NCBI GenBank assembly: GCA_033442325.1
Contig: JAWQFM010000004.1
Location: 1,249,293-1,313,292 of the forward strand
Direction of reading: 5' to 3'
DNA from: Salpingoeca rosetta
Lineage: Eukaryota; Protista; Choanoflagellata
Length of the DNA stretch: 64,000 nt
Shown here: piece by piece, positions 13,837 through 34,013 of the stretch
Layout: the number at the start of each line of letters is the position of its first letter
Numbering within the stretch: the first letter of the stretch is position 1
Notes under the pieces: generated by a model
Told to the model about the DNA's origin: nothing
Seen by the model: the letters and a program-made list of their open reading frames with translations, nothing else
Databases searched by the model: none
Program-made: the position numbers and the translations under genes

Positions 13837-14352
13837 TTGGTTGGTCTCATTTCGCCAGTTGCCCCTCATTGATTGTTGTTGCGTTGTCACCTGTCTGTGT
13901 GATCACGTTGTGACATGACGTTTGACCAACCCATGACCCTTTCTTTTCCTTTCCTCTGTGTAAATGTTCTGTAGTGTGCAACCATCATGCCTGCGGCGCG
14001 TTTGTGCGTCTTCTTGTGTTGTTTTCGAAGACACATGTGAAGAACACTGTGCTAAAGAACTCTTGCCATGTTGTTGCTCGTGTGATTGATTCATTTGGTT
14101 GGTCTCATTTCGCCAGTTGCCCCTCATTGATTGTTGTTGCGTTGTCACCTGTCTGTGTGATCACGTTGTGACATGACGTTTGACCAACCCATGACCCTTT
14201 CTTTTCCTTTCCTCTGTGTAAATGTTCTGTAGTGTGCAACCATCATGCCTGCGGCGCGTTTGTGCGTCTTCTTGTGTTGTTTTCGAAGACACATGTGAAG
14301 AACACTGTGCTAAAGAACTCTTGCCATGTTGTTGCTCGTGTGATTGATTCAT
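13837..14352. repeat. Tandem duplication, 2 x 258 bp (13837-14094 and 14095-14352)
   Basis: The unit TTGGTTGGTCTCATTTCGCCAG...GTGATTGATTCAT recurs at an offset of exactly 258 with no differences seen. Confidence 0.95.
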
Positions 14353-14504
14353 AAACACGTCCGTTGAACGAACCTCAGCGCACAAATGCAATGGAGGAGG
14401 GGCAGTGGTAGAGAGGTGTTGTGTTTGGGGCACAAGCGGCGCAGAACAAGCGAACGAGGCAGCGATGGTGGTCGTGTCGCGAGCGAGGAAAGCCTCGCAA
14501 GCGC

Positions 14505-14764
14505 TCAGTAGTCAGTTATTGCGGTGTCTTGCGAGTGGAAGCCGTGCTGCGACTGCGTGTTGCCTTGCACCGTGTCCTGCGAGAGCGTGGCCATGGTGTC
14601 CTGTGTTGCCATCTCGTCCGTCGTCACAAACCCACCCTGGTGGTTGTGTGGGTGGGGTCATGGTTGGTTGAGGGAAGCACAAGGAGAGGGAGCGGGTGGG
14701 TGTGGTGCGCGTGTGCGTGTATGTGTGAGATGTGTGTGCGCGTGTGCGTGTATGTGTATGTGAG

Positions 14765-14829
<65 letters not shown>

Positions 14830-17175
14830 GCTGGGAAGCGGAAGGGGAGGACAAGGATGCAAGCAGGTGGTGCAGTCACCATCGTACCTGTGATGAGAGC
14901 GTGGATCCTTGTGAAGCGTCCAACGAGAGCGTTTGGGAGAACTGGGACGGCAGCGAGCGCTGTGTGTGCGTGTGTGTGTGTTTTGGAGTACGCATGTTAG
15001 TGTGGCAGCAAAACATGGGAACACCAGATGTAGACAAAGGCAGACAGACAAACAGAAAGACAGACAGACAGACAGACGCAGACAGACAGACAGACAGACA
15101 GACGCAGACACAGACACAGACACACACCTGGCTGAGGAATGGCTGTTGTGGGTCGTGCAGGACATGTGCGGGGACGCGCAAGTTGGCCGTTGCGTCAAAG
15201 CCGACCAGCCCAAACGCATCACGAGGCATCGCAGGCAGCGCACTGCCCAAATACTGCTGTTGGCTTTGGCCTTGGTTTTGTTGTTGCTGCTGCTGTTGGT
15301 GCTGGTGGCCACCGACGACTTCAGGGTGACCAGGGAGAATCATGTCGTACAGCATCTGGTTCATCAGCTGGTTCTGCCCAGGCTGTGGTGCGTGCGTGTG
15401 TGTGTGTTGGGTGTGTTGGGTGTGTGTATGAACGTCAGTTGAGGGGGCGAAAGAAAACAAGCGTTGAGCAGTCGACCGAATACGTCAAGCCATCAAGCCC
15501 AGCAGCAACGACATGCACAACACACCTTGTTGGCGAGGGGCCGCGGCTTGCTGAGATGCATCATGTATGGGCTGAGCTGGTCAAGCGGGCCCTCAACGAG
15601 CACGCCTTGCTCCTTGAAGTGAAGCAGCAAGTTGTGCCACAGCGCTTGCTGTAACCGTAAACCACGAGCAATAAGGTCAAAGATGAGGGTGAAGCAGGGT
15701 GGGAGGAGAACAGGTGTTAGCGGAAGAAAACAAGAGGTAAACTGGGCAGGAGATGCAGTGCACGTGTGCGAATGGGAGCAAACAGAACAAACAGAGCAGA
15801 GACACACATAGACAGACACAGACAGAGACAGACAGACAGACAGACAGACAGATACACACACACACGCACACACACACGCACACACACACACACACACACT
15901 CACGCACGCACGCACACACACACACGCACGCACGCACACACACGCACGCACGCACGCACGCACGCACACACAGACACACACACACGATACCTTTGAGAGG
16001 GCGCGCGGGTTGCCGACGAGGATGAGGCCGTACTTTGCGCGGGTGAGGGCGACGTTGAGGCGACGCGGGTCGTTGAGGAAGCCAATGCCCTGGTGGTCGT
16101 TGGAACGCGTGCACGACAGGATAATGTAGTCCTGGCGCAGGTGGATAGGAAACGAACGCGAAGAGAGGGGGATTAGTTGGGGGGGGGGAAAGGAAGGTTG
16201 AATGACTTCATGCAAGCGCTTATGCACGCACACGAACAAGCATTATCCAGTGGCCAGGCACAAGCCGCCAAGTACAACGGCACAACGGCACAACCAATCA
16301 ACGACAACCAACAAGAACAACACCGTCACAATAGCGCAATCAGCGAACCTTCTCACGGCCCTGGAACGAGTCGACACTGGCCACCTCCAGCGCTTCGTAG
16401 AAGGAGCGGCGGGCAGCGCCGTGGAAGTTCATGTACTGCACAATGTGCGCGCGCTGGCCCTCATATGGGGTGATGATGCCAATCTGATCCGGCGTGATGC
16501 CTGCACGCATGAACCGCGTCACAATCTTCTCCACATTCGCCGCCTCCGTCCTGCCAGGTGGTGGTGGTGGTGGTGGTGGTGGTGGTGGTGGTGGTGATGA
16601 TGGTGGTGGGATGTCGTGAGGGGGCGGACAACGTGTTTGGGAGGGTTAATGGTGGTAAGCAGGTGAAGTGAAGGGACCATACCGCGCAAACACAGACGAT
16701 TGCACAACACACCACATCAAGTTGTCACATCACATCACGTCACATTGCATCATCACAACCCCAACAGCGCCGCACCTGTTGAGGTAGGATGAGCCAGACG
16801 CTGCCATCTCTTCCCGGCCCATGCTGGCATAGAACAGCATGGGAACCTCCGGGTTTGGCCAGGGAAAATCAACAGCCGGCTGCTCGCGCTCAGCGGCCGT
16901 CACGCCGTTCTGCAGGCTGCCCTCGTAGAAGGTGTTGCTCGGAAACTCGCTGGTGGTGAAGAAGGTGAAGGCGGAGGGGGGGGGCGGAGGAGGCACACAG
17001 TGGAGTTGAAAGGCGGAGTGGGTGGGATGGTTGATCACAGCGTGAATGGGGTGAATGGGGTGAAATAAGTTGCACTACAAAACCAAGGAGCAAGAATAAA
17101 TACTCATTCTTCACTCGCGGTAGCAACACCAACGTGCCAAAACAACCACGGGAACAAGCACACACACATACATAC

Positions 17176-17239
<64 letters not shown>

Positions 17240-17585
17240 ATGCAGACGGTTGTTTTGTGGTGTACCTGAGGGCCGGGTGCATGCGGTATTGGACCTGGAG
17301 GCGGACGGGGCGCACGCCGTGAACAACGAGCCGCTCAAAGAGCGAGTGGGCCAGGCCCGCGTTGGCTGCCTTCTTGCACATCACAACGGGACCAAGCTGG
17401 CAGTGGTCACCCACAAGGATAACTTGGTTTGCACCGAGCACAAGCGGAATCAAAATTTCGGGCTCCGTTGCCTGCAGGCAATCGCAGGGGTGGGGGTGAT
17501 TGTGCAGGGTTAGAAGGACACATCGATCGCAGGGAGCGTGTGCTTGAATCACCGTGCACATGCAGACACACACAGACGCACAGAT

Positions 17586-17677
<92 letters not shown>

Positions 17678-19705
17678 ACACAAACAAAAACGCAGACACA
17701 GACACACCCGCTGCGCACCTGGGTTGCCTCGTCGACAAGGACGGTGCGATATGGCTTGCCGGCGACAATGCGGCGGTCACCGCCACCCGCACACGTGCAG
17801 CAAATCACGTCCGCTTTTCGCAGGAAGATGTCCTCAATTTTCTTGTACAGGCGCCTGTACATGCGCTCATCGGCCTCTGAGAGCTCGCCCAGCTCCTTCT
17901 TGAGCTTGGTGAGCTTGGTAAACTTGCTCGAACCCGTGTAATTCTCAACCTGGTTGTGCAGGGACAGAAACGACGCGTCGCCCTCAAGCTGCTCGCGGGT
18001 CTTGGCGGCCACGCGAACAACCTTCACCCCAGTCAGGTGGATGCGCTGCGCAAGGTGCTCAACAGCAATGTTGGACGGCGCACACACCAGCACCTGCATG
18101 GTGGTGACATGTGTGTGTGTGTTTGTGTTTGAAGTTGTGTGAGTGAGTGAAGGTGAGAGTGTGAGAGGCAGTGCATGTGGTTGGAGGTGCGGAAATGTGT
18201 TTGAGATGCAAGTGCAGGAGGAAGTACAAAGTTGTCAATGCGTTCACACATCATGTGTGAGTGTGCGCACCTGGCCGCGTTGCTGGACGAGGTGATAGAC
18301 GAGTGTTGCCGACGTCACGGTCTTGCCCGTGCCCGGTGGGCCCTGGTGGTGACGATTGATGATGTTGATTGATGGTGGTGAACATTGTGATGAGGGCCGA
18401 GGGGGGGGGGGGAGGAAGTTTGCTGCTGTCATGCTGTACACGCACGAAATCACTGACGAGAAACATGTGCAAGGGTGCGTGCGTGTGCAGCTACCTGTGT
18501 GTGTGTGTGTATGTTACCTGGATGAGGGAGAGCGGCTGCTGCAGGACGGTGCGAATGGCGTTGAGCTGGGAATGGTTCAGCTCGGGCAGGCCAGGCGCAG
18601 ACAGCCTGAATCCCACGTGGTGCAGAAGGGGTGAGGGGGGGGGGTGAGTGCATAGTGATTGATGCTGTTGGTTGTTTTTTCGTGCAGAGGCACAAGGGAC
18701 AGGGGGAAACCGCACAGAAGGAGCAGATGACAACGCCACCACCGCACACACATGCACCGCGTCGCATGTCACAATGACGATGCACATACACATCATCGCA
18801 TTCCACACAATCGCATCGACCAGCCACCAAACACTACTCGTTCGACAACCCTCGTGCCTTCTTCCGCACCTCTTTGGCATGTCAAACTTGAGCTGGGGCA
18901 GGTTGAGCTGGTGCCCCAGGAAGCGGTGGAACAGGTAGTCGCTCATCGCCGCCTCATTCACCGCAAACCGGCGCATGGCGCTCTGCATGCGGTCAAACAC
19001 GGTGCTGTTCCACACAAACTCGAGGTAGTACCCCGTGTTGACCGTTTCCAGCGTGAGCATGGCAGCGGCCGTCTCGTCGCCGTTGCGCGGACGGGAGCGG
19101 AGACGCGAGCGCTCGGAGGGGGATGGGCGCCGAAGATCAAGCTGCAGCTCAACCTCCTCCGACCGCGTGTCGGGCACCTGGAGCAGCAGTCGTGGATGAA
19201 GGCGGCCGGGGGGAGGGAAGGGGTGGTGAGGTGAGGTCCATGAAGGGTGGTGGTGGTGGTGGTGGTGATGGCGGTGGTGGCTCATGCATGCCACGCATAC
19301 ACGGCTTTGGGCGTGCACACAGACACAGACACAGACACAGACACAGACACAGACACAGACACAGACAGACACAGACACAGACACAGACACAGACACAGAC
19401 ACAGACATAGGCACACCCCCCCAACCTTCTTGACGGTGCCTGTGGCCTGCCAGACTTCGTTCTTTGAAAAGGGGTAGCAGAGGCGGAGTTCATCGCCGAC
19501 GAGGAGCTTGATGTCCTGCCGGGGCAGCTCAAAGCTCGCCACGTACTGCCGCTTGATGTTCGTGTCCCAGTGCACCGTAATGTCATCGCAGCGCTGTTAC
19601 AGCAAAGAAGGGCGACTCCGTGAGTGCGGGGTGAAGGAGAGTGAGTTGGGGGGGGCAATGCACGCAGAGGCACGTGTCTAATTCGCAGCGCAGCATGATA
19701 CACAA

Positions 19706-19764
<59 letters not shown>

Positions 19765-20154
19765 GCACGCACGCACATGCACACACACACACACATAAAA
19801 AAAAAAAGGCGCTGCGTCATATGTGTATGTGAGTCGTGGTAGTCACCTGCTCCTCCTTGATGCGCCTGACGTGTTCGGCCTCAATCTCCACGAGCGGACC
19901 GAGGATGTTCTGGTACTCGTACACGTCATCATAGATGAGTTTGGTGCGCGCGAGCTCCTCCTCCTGCGCCTCCGCTGCCGTCTCCACTCTTGGCTTCTTC
20001 ACGTCAAGCAGCGTCGCGTCAGGGTTGTCCTGGTGGTGGTGGTGGTGTGATGCAAAGGGAAGGGGAGGGAGAGGAAGGACGTGTGAACAGCGACACCATT
20101 GTCGAAGGGAGGACAGCCAAAATCAGACGCAGTCGGGCGGCCCAGACACAAAGG

Positions 20155-20237
<83 letters not shown>

Positions 20238-20510
20238 CACACTGACAGCAGCGCACCCTCCAGAGGTCCTCGAGTTTGTCAATCTGCGCAGGAGTGATCT
20301 GACGCGCGCGCATCTGCTCCTTGTGCGAGGGAACTTTCACAATCCACTTCAACAGCGACCGTTCTTGCACAATCGGCTGCCACTGCGTCGTGTCCCTGAT
20401 GGTTGTGGTGATGGTGGTTGTGGTGGTGGTGGTGGTGGTGGTAGTGATAATGGTGGCCGTGGTCGTGTCAGGGCGTGGTGGTACAACAACGCAAATGCGG
20501 GGAATGGGTG

Positions 20511-20541
<31 letters not shown>

Positions 20542-20766
20542 CGCACACACACCCGCTTCCCCCTTTTACATTGTGCTCATGGTTGTGCAGGGCATGTGGC
20601 GTGACTTACCAGTCGTCGTTCTTTGCGACCTGTGGAGACGCACACGGGTGGCGGCAGAGGAGAATCACAAACGAGTCGGCGCGTGCGGGAATAAACCCGA
20701 GGTTGAACACGTTGCGCGATCCACACGTGTAGCACTGCACACGTCGACAATGCGAGGGAAAGAGGA

Positions 20767-20810
<44 letters not shown>

Positions 20811-21271
20811 CGTGCGTGTGTGTGTGTGTGTGTGTGTGAGCGAGGCGATGGTGAGATGATGATCCACTTCAGCGGAGAGACACAACAGAGCAGGGTGTCA
20901 GGCACAGCAGCATGACATAAGGCAGAAATGCCTCACCTCCAGAACAGAGTCGCCGAGGGCGCTGTCCTTGTGCAGCATCACAGCGTTGTTCTTCGAGCGC
21001 ACCAGGTGGTTGATGATGTGGCTGTCGAAATGGGGGTGAGCATGAATGGTGGGGCGGGATGGGGAAGGGTGCAGCAAGGTTGATGAGAGTGTATTCACCT
21101 CGCAAGGTGGCCAGGCAGTGAGTTTTGCAGGCGCACACCAACACAAGAACGCATACGCATACGAACACAAGAGCGCAGACGCATACGACCACAAGAGCGC
21201 AGACGCACACCAACACAAGAGCGCATACGCATACGAACACACACACACACACACACACACATACACACACA

Positions 21272-21310
<39 letters not shown>

Positions 21311-22050
21311 AAAACGCACCTGCCGGAGGTGTTGCCACGGCCGTTGCAGAACCATTTGCCTGTGCTGATGCACTTGACCACGCATTTCGGGTCGTGGATA
21401 CCGCAGTACTTGCACGCGTGCTCAGGCAGGTTCTCCAACGTCTCCACCGCGTCAGCGTCTTCATCACCCTCAGCCTCATCTGCAGCTTCGTCCTCCAAGT
21501 CGTCCTCAAGGTCGTCTGCCTCATACTCGTCCTCGTCCTCCTCCGCATCATCGTCATCATCGTCGTCATCATCGCCATCAAGTTGGGCCTGCTCATCTTC
21601 AATCACGCTGTGGCCGTACAGGCCGCCCTTGGCATGTGGCGCGTTGGGGTCGTCCTCGGCACCGAGGTGCGTGTGTTGAAGGTCGTGGGCGAGCGCATCT
21701 GCGTGGTGCGTGCCGTGGTAGAAGGCTTCCGCCGGTTGCAGGTCGTCCAGCACACTGACACCCGCGCCAAACACGCCATCCAGGTAGTCTGCCTGTTGGG
21801 AGTGTCCGTCCGCGCCCAGCATCGTGCCGTGCGCGTGACCATGCATGAATGCATCGGCCTGCGACGCTTGCGTGTGTCCACCATGGTGTGGCTGCGTCTG
21901 CGTCTGCGTCTGTGTCTGCGTCTGCGAGATGCCCTGTGTCTGCGACGTCATGGTGAGGTCGTCCGCGCCGTAATCCAGCTGTGACGGCTGCGAGTCTGCA
22001 CCATAGTCAATGTCGAGGCCTCCCTGGCTCGTTCCCCACGTGTCGCTCAT
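14505..22050 (-). CDS. UPF1: Regulator of nonsense transcripts 1 (UPF1 RNA helicase), about 19 exons
   Basis: CH domain [20 protein letters not shown]...[12 protein letters not shown]|SHIINHLVR. Helicase motifs [66 protein letters not shown] and [17 protein letters not shown]-rich termini. TGA at 14505-14507. Confidence 0.97.
21140..21238. repeat. 24-bp minisatellite (about 4 copies) in UPF1 intron 1
   Basis: Unit approximately ACACAAGAGCGCAGACGCATACGA, repeated with substitutions. Confidence 0.75.
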
Positions 22051-22554
22051 GGCTGCTGCTGCTACTGCTGCTTGTGGTCTTGCAACTGTCGATGCTGGTG
22101 CCGAGAAAGGTAATAAGAATGTGCTCACGCAAGTACGGCAACCAAGTTCAAGGTTGGTGTCAGTTCGACGTGCGCTCTGCTGTGAGCGTGGTGCGGCAAG
22201 TGCTTCCCTTGCTTGCTTGCTTGCTTGCTTCTTTGCTCTTGTCGTCGTGGTCGCCTTTGGCCGTGTGTGGACAGTCGAAAATTGGTTACATCTTCAACAA
22301 TTTCTCCTCATTGCTTGGAGTGGCTGCGTCAACAACAGCGATCAACGACAACAACCCTTTGCTTGCTCCAGACACACACGACTCACCACATCGTCCAAGA
22401 TACACAAACACAAGCACAGCAGACAAAGCACAGCAGACAAAGCACAGCAGACCAAGCAAATCAGACAAAGCAAAGCCGACTACAGCAAAACAAACCAAAG
22501 AGGCCCTGACCCCCAACAAGACAAACCAACAACCAAAGACAGCACACAGACGAG

Positions 22555-24658
22555 ATGCGCTCCTTGATGCTGGTTGCCGCGATAGCGGTGGTGTACACCG
22601 CTTTGATCTGCACCGCTGCTCCTGCCATGTCGCAGCTGGCTGATGATGGTCAATTTGCCACGAATGGATCAACAACACCCAACTCAACAACACCAACAAC
22701 AACCACAACGGCGAACATCTCATCGACCACCACCACCACAACGACGCAAACGCATAGCACCACAGCGGGCCCCAACGTGACGACAACGGCCAACGTGACG
22801 ACAACCGCAAATGTGACGACAACAATGATGCCAACCACGGCTCCCAACGGGACTACAACCACCACTACCACCACGACCGCAGCGCCTGCACCGGCTCGCC
22901 GATTCAACCACGAGCTCGAGGTGAAGAACGCCACGGGCATCTGCCTCCTCTTCGACTACGACAAGGTCTTTATGACCTTCAACGACATTACCATCAACGC
23001 GACGGGCATCCCTGATTCAAACGTCAACGGCGACTGCTTCCAGTACAGCAAGCTCCCCGATGGCAACTACTCGCTGTCGGCGTCCGTCGAAACCACATAC
23101 CACGCTGACGACGTCAGCCTCACCGTGCGCTACACTCTCCTGCAAAATGCAACCTACGCAGGCCCCAGCCAGACCACGTACCGTCACGGCGACCAGTCGT
23201 CTGCACTCAGCCGTGCGTTGTCACTGCGCGTGTTTGTGTGTAGGGTGTGTGTGTGTGTGTAGGGTGTGTGCGTGTGTGTGTTTGCGTGTGTGTGTGTGCT
23301 TGTTTGCACTTGTTGTGCATGTGTGTGTGCCTGTTATTTGGTGCTGTGCTGTGTTGTTCCGTCTCCTTTTTTCATCCATCAAACATACCACGTTCAGCCG
23401 CTTGTCCATCATTGCACGATGTGACTCACCACTGGTCATCGTATCGCATGCCGCATTGCAGGCATTGATGTGACGCTCGTGGGCAAGGACAACAAGACAC
23501 AGGTGCGTGTTCATCGTGAAGCTTGTCGTTGCTGCCAGTCTCGTTGTCGGCGATGCTTGTGCAGCGCCAATGTCTCTCTGTGCCCATGTTCACTTTGCCC
23601 CTCCATCCCTCGCATCTGTTGCCCTCACAATCCCTTCCGCTCACCCGCAATCACACACACACACACACACACACGCACACACGCACACACACACAACCGT
23701 GCAGACTGCCCACTTTCTTGAATTTGACAAGTACGACATGGCCATGGACAACTCCGTGTCGTACCGGTGCAAGTACAACTTCACCTACAACACCAACGTC
23801 ACCCACCCCGCGGGCGCCAACGCCACGTTCACCGTTTACAATGTCCACGTGCAGCCGTTTGTTCCCAAGGGCCAGAACAGCTTTTCAAAGAGTACGTGTG
23901 TGTGCGTGTGCGTGTGCGTGTGCGTGTGCGTATGTGTGCGCAAGTGTGTGTTCATGTGTCGATTGCATGTGTATTTTGTGTGTGTGTGTGTGTGTGCATC
24001 ATTCACTATTCGTCTGCAATCGAGACCATTCGTGCATGCACTGCCGTTTGCTCATCATTGTCGCTGCCTGCTCCGTCTCCAACAGCCAACAGCAACTCCT
24101 ACTGCCCGCGCGACGACAAGGGTGCGTCCAGCCTTCCACTCGTTTGATGTGCTGCCTTGTTTGGTTTCATCCTTCTGGAACACCCATAGTCTACGATATC
24201 TCCCAAACCACAGCACAACCCGATGCGCGCATACCCCTCACCTTATTTCATCCACCACCTCATCCCCCACCTGTCATTACTCACGCGTGACATTCATCAC
24301 GGTCAACCACCCACCGCACTTTCCATGTTGCGCAGAGGTGAAGAGGATCGGGCTGATTGTGGGCGGCATCCTCACAGGCATTGCCTTTCTTGGCATCGTC
24401 CTCTTCTCAATCACGTCAGTCGCTGCCGTTGCCTGCAGGCAAAGCCATACTGTTGTGCATCGTGCGCTGCGCCGTGCCTTGTGTTGTGCACTGCGGTGTG
24501 TGCGTTGCGTGTATCCTTTGTCTTTGCATCCCCACCTCCATCATCGGACGTTCCAATGTCTTACTCACCGCGTCATCTCTACACCTCCACATATTTGCCA
24601 ACAATCCATCAGCGCCTGCCGCGGCGAGAGTGAATACCAGAGCCTCGACGACAAGTGA
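22555..24658 (+). CDS. LAMP-family lysosomal membrane glycoprotein (mucin stalk plus one LAMP domain, CD68/LAMP3-like layout); about 6 exons
   Basis: Signal peptide MRSLMLVAAIAVVYTALICTAAPA, then a Thr-rich stalk with many N-x-T sites. LAMP hallmarks: GICLL...GDC, SYRC, VHVQPF...F...C..D. TM helix IGLIVGGILTGIAFLGIVLFSI and a short tail ACRGESEYQSLDDK* containing a YxxL motif. Confidence 0.85.
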
Positions 24659-24825
24659 TGATGTCCGCCATACCCATCCATCCATCCATCCATGAAAACA
24701 TCTTGTTCGCATTTCTGCGTGCTGTCTGATTGCCTTCTCTGTGCTGTCTGTGCTTGTTATGCTTGTTGTGTGTATTGTATGTGGTATGTGTGTGCGTGTG
24801 TGCGTGTGCGTGTGTGTGTGTGCTT

Positions 24826-24857
<32 letters not shown>

Positions 24858-25484
24858 TTGTATCGCCCGTCCTGAGCCCACCTCCCTTCCGTTCGTGCGC
24901 ACGTTTGTACATTGCGCGAATTTCTGCCTATCTCCCCCCCCCCCCCCCCGGGTGCACGCCGTTTGTCACGTGTTCCCCAATTCCAACACCGCCCGTGCAC
25001 GTGACGTGATCTGCTGTTGCTTACTTCTACCGTCCTTCCGCTCGCGTGCATTTGCACCTTGCTTCCTGCACCGCTGTATGCCCGTTGAGAAGGCGTGTAT
25101 ATGTGTGCACGTGTACATGTGTGCACGTGTACATGTGTGCATGTATGCATGTCGCCTGATCTTCATCTTGCCTGCCTGCTGCTTCCTCTTCTTCCGTTTC
25201 GTGACTGATTCACAATAGATTGACTGCAACCAAGCATCGTCATATCACCCCTTTTTACTTTTGGCCACATGTGACACGGGTGAGTGAGCGAGCGAGTGTT
25301 GATGGAGTGAGAGCGAAGCCACGGTGTCACAGCACAACATACTGTCATGCTGACGCGAAAATGAACCGGTGTGGGCAGAAAGAAGGACAGGGTTCCGAAG
25401 AGTCAACAGCTAGCAAATAAGTCAATTAAACGTTACGTGTGCACATGTGTGCACATGTAAGTGTGTGTGTGGGTGTGTGTGCCA

Positions 25485-31920
<6,436 letters not shown>

Positions 31921-32797
31921 CGTTCGTTCTGTTCCCCCTCCTGTTGTGTCCTTGTGCCGGGACGGCCGTGGTTGGTCGTTGCCTTCTTCTGCTTCTGGCT
32001 GGTTTGGCGTGCCACCCACACACAACAAACAACAACAAGCCAAGCACCAATCCGCTGCAGCGAAATTTGGAAGGCGGATACGGAAAAGTCGTTGAAGATA
32101 TAAACAAAGGGAGGTCGCTAACGACTCCGATTCCGAGAACTTCAACCAGCACAACAGCGGGCGCTTGCGCAAAGGAGAGCAAAGGACAGCGCTGTGTGTG
32201 TGGTCTCAAGTCAAGTAGGTCAAACGCCTTCATCCTCTCGCTCACTCCTGTCGTTTGCCCGCACACGCGTCAACTAACTTGTTCGCTTGCATGTGACATT
32301 GCAACTCTCCCTTTGCGTTTCCTTTTTCTTGTTCTCGCTTCTCACTTCTCCCCCTTGCTTCTCCGCTTCGCCACCTTGTTGGAAAATTACAATTCACGCA
32401 TCCACAGCACACGCACACGCATTCAGTGCAAGGCTACATGCGGCGAGTGTATCAACCTACCCGCCTCGCACCAACATACGCACACGTCGTGTAAGGTCAC
32501 CGTGATCCACCAGCTATCGCTAGTTCCATCAATTGTGCTAGGTTCGGGAATCGGTGACAAGTGCGCACACCAGCCGACCTGAACCTTCAGCACAGCTTGT
32601 TCGTAAGCAACCCACGCGACCAGTCATCAGCAACACAGCAGCAGACACGCAAAGTCCACCCACCAACGGCACGGAAAGGGAATCCAGCTCGTGCAGCATC
32701 CACCATCACCGGCCCGCTTGTCACGTCAACTCTTCGTGTCCCTGTGCGTGTGCGTGGTGACCGCACTTGTGGGTTTTGGGAGGCGGATTGACAGCAC

Positions 32798-33970
32798 ATG
32801 TCCATAACCATGTCTGGGGGCCAGGTTCCGCGTTCGAGGCGTGAAACTGCCCCTGCAATGTCCACGGAAACGACCCCGCTTGCCATGCAGGCGCGGGATG
32901 TGTCCAAGCACCCGCTGCCGGCAGAGCTACAGCAGATGGCCGAGGATGAGACCATCTGCAAGTTCTGTGGCATCAGCTACCTCATCCATCGCCAAGTCAA
33001 GGCGCTGCAGGTGAGAGAGCGAGCGCCCCTCTTGTGTACACTTGCCCCTTCCTTTGCATGTCCAGTGTTGTGCTTGGCGTCTTGTGACCGGCGTCGTGCC
33101 ACCAGAGCGACTGAAGCTTCAAATGCATCGCACAACATCCGCCATCCACCACACTTACACAACGCGAACCACTGTGATTTGCCTCCACATGGTGTGTGTA
33201 TATGTACGTGTGTATGTGTGTCATGCAGGAGGAGAAGGAGTTTCTTGAAGGGCAGCTGCGGCGCTTCAAGGACGACGCTGCGCAGGCCAACGCCATGCGG
33301 GAGCGGATACGACAGCTGGAGGCCGATGAGGAGGTGGCGCGCGTGGAGCTGGGGCGCGCCGAGGAAAAGCTGCAAACCCAGCAGCGTGCGCTTGCAGACG
33401 TGCGCGATCGCATGCCCGTGCTGTTCCAGAGTCTCCGCAAGCAGCTCACGGCGCTGCGGGAGACGGCCGTACCGCAGATGCAGGCCGTGGCGAGCGCGGC
33501 TGGCAGCGATATTGCCCAGCACGTGCAGGCTGTGGCGGCACGGTGTGCGCGGCTGGAGCGCGACAAACAGCAGCTGGAGGACATGAACAAGCAGGCGAGC
33601 GAGCGCGTGGCGTCGCTGTCTTCCCTGCAGGCATCATACACGCGGAGCAGGGAGGAGGTGGAGCGGCTCAAGGCAGATCTTGCGCAGACCGAGGCTGCGC
33701 ACAAGGACGCGCAGGCCGTGCGGGCGGAGCTGGAGCAGAAGACAGCGGCACTTGCGGCTGCGCAGGCGAGAATACGGGCGCTGGAGGACGAGAGTGTTCG
33801 CGCACACACGGGCAATAAGGAGGAAATGGGGAGCCTGCAGGCAAAGCTGACGGCCGCACAGGCAGAGCTCGCTGCTGTGAAGAGGGAATGCAAAGAGTGC
33901 ACGGCCAAGCTGCATGAAGCTGAACGTAGCAAGCAGGTCGAAACCGCCCAGCAGTCGCGGGTACGTACCG

Positions 33971-34013
<43 letters not shown>

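Noticed and set aside
13837-14352. Possible LTR pair, MITE or CRISPR-like array
   Set aside because: The two copies are directly adjacent with no internal region, spacers, terminal inverted repeats or target-site duplication.
32599-32611. X-box-like GTTCGTAAGCAAC upstream of LEKR1
   Set aside because: Only one good half-site; too weak to call an RFX element without a motif scan.
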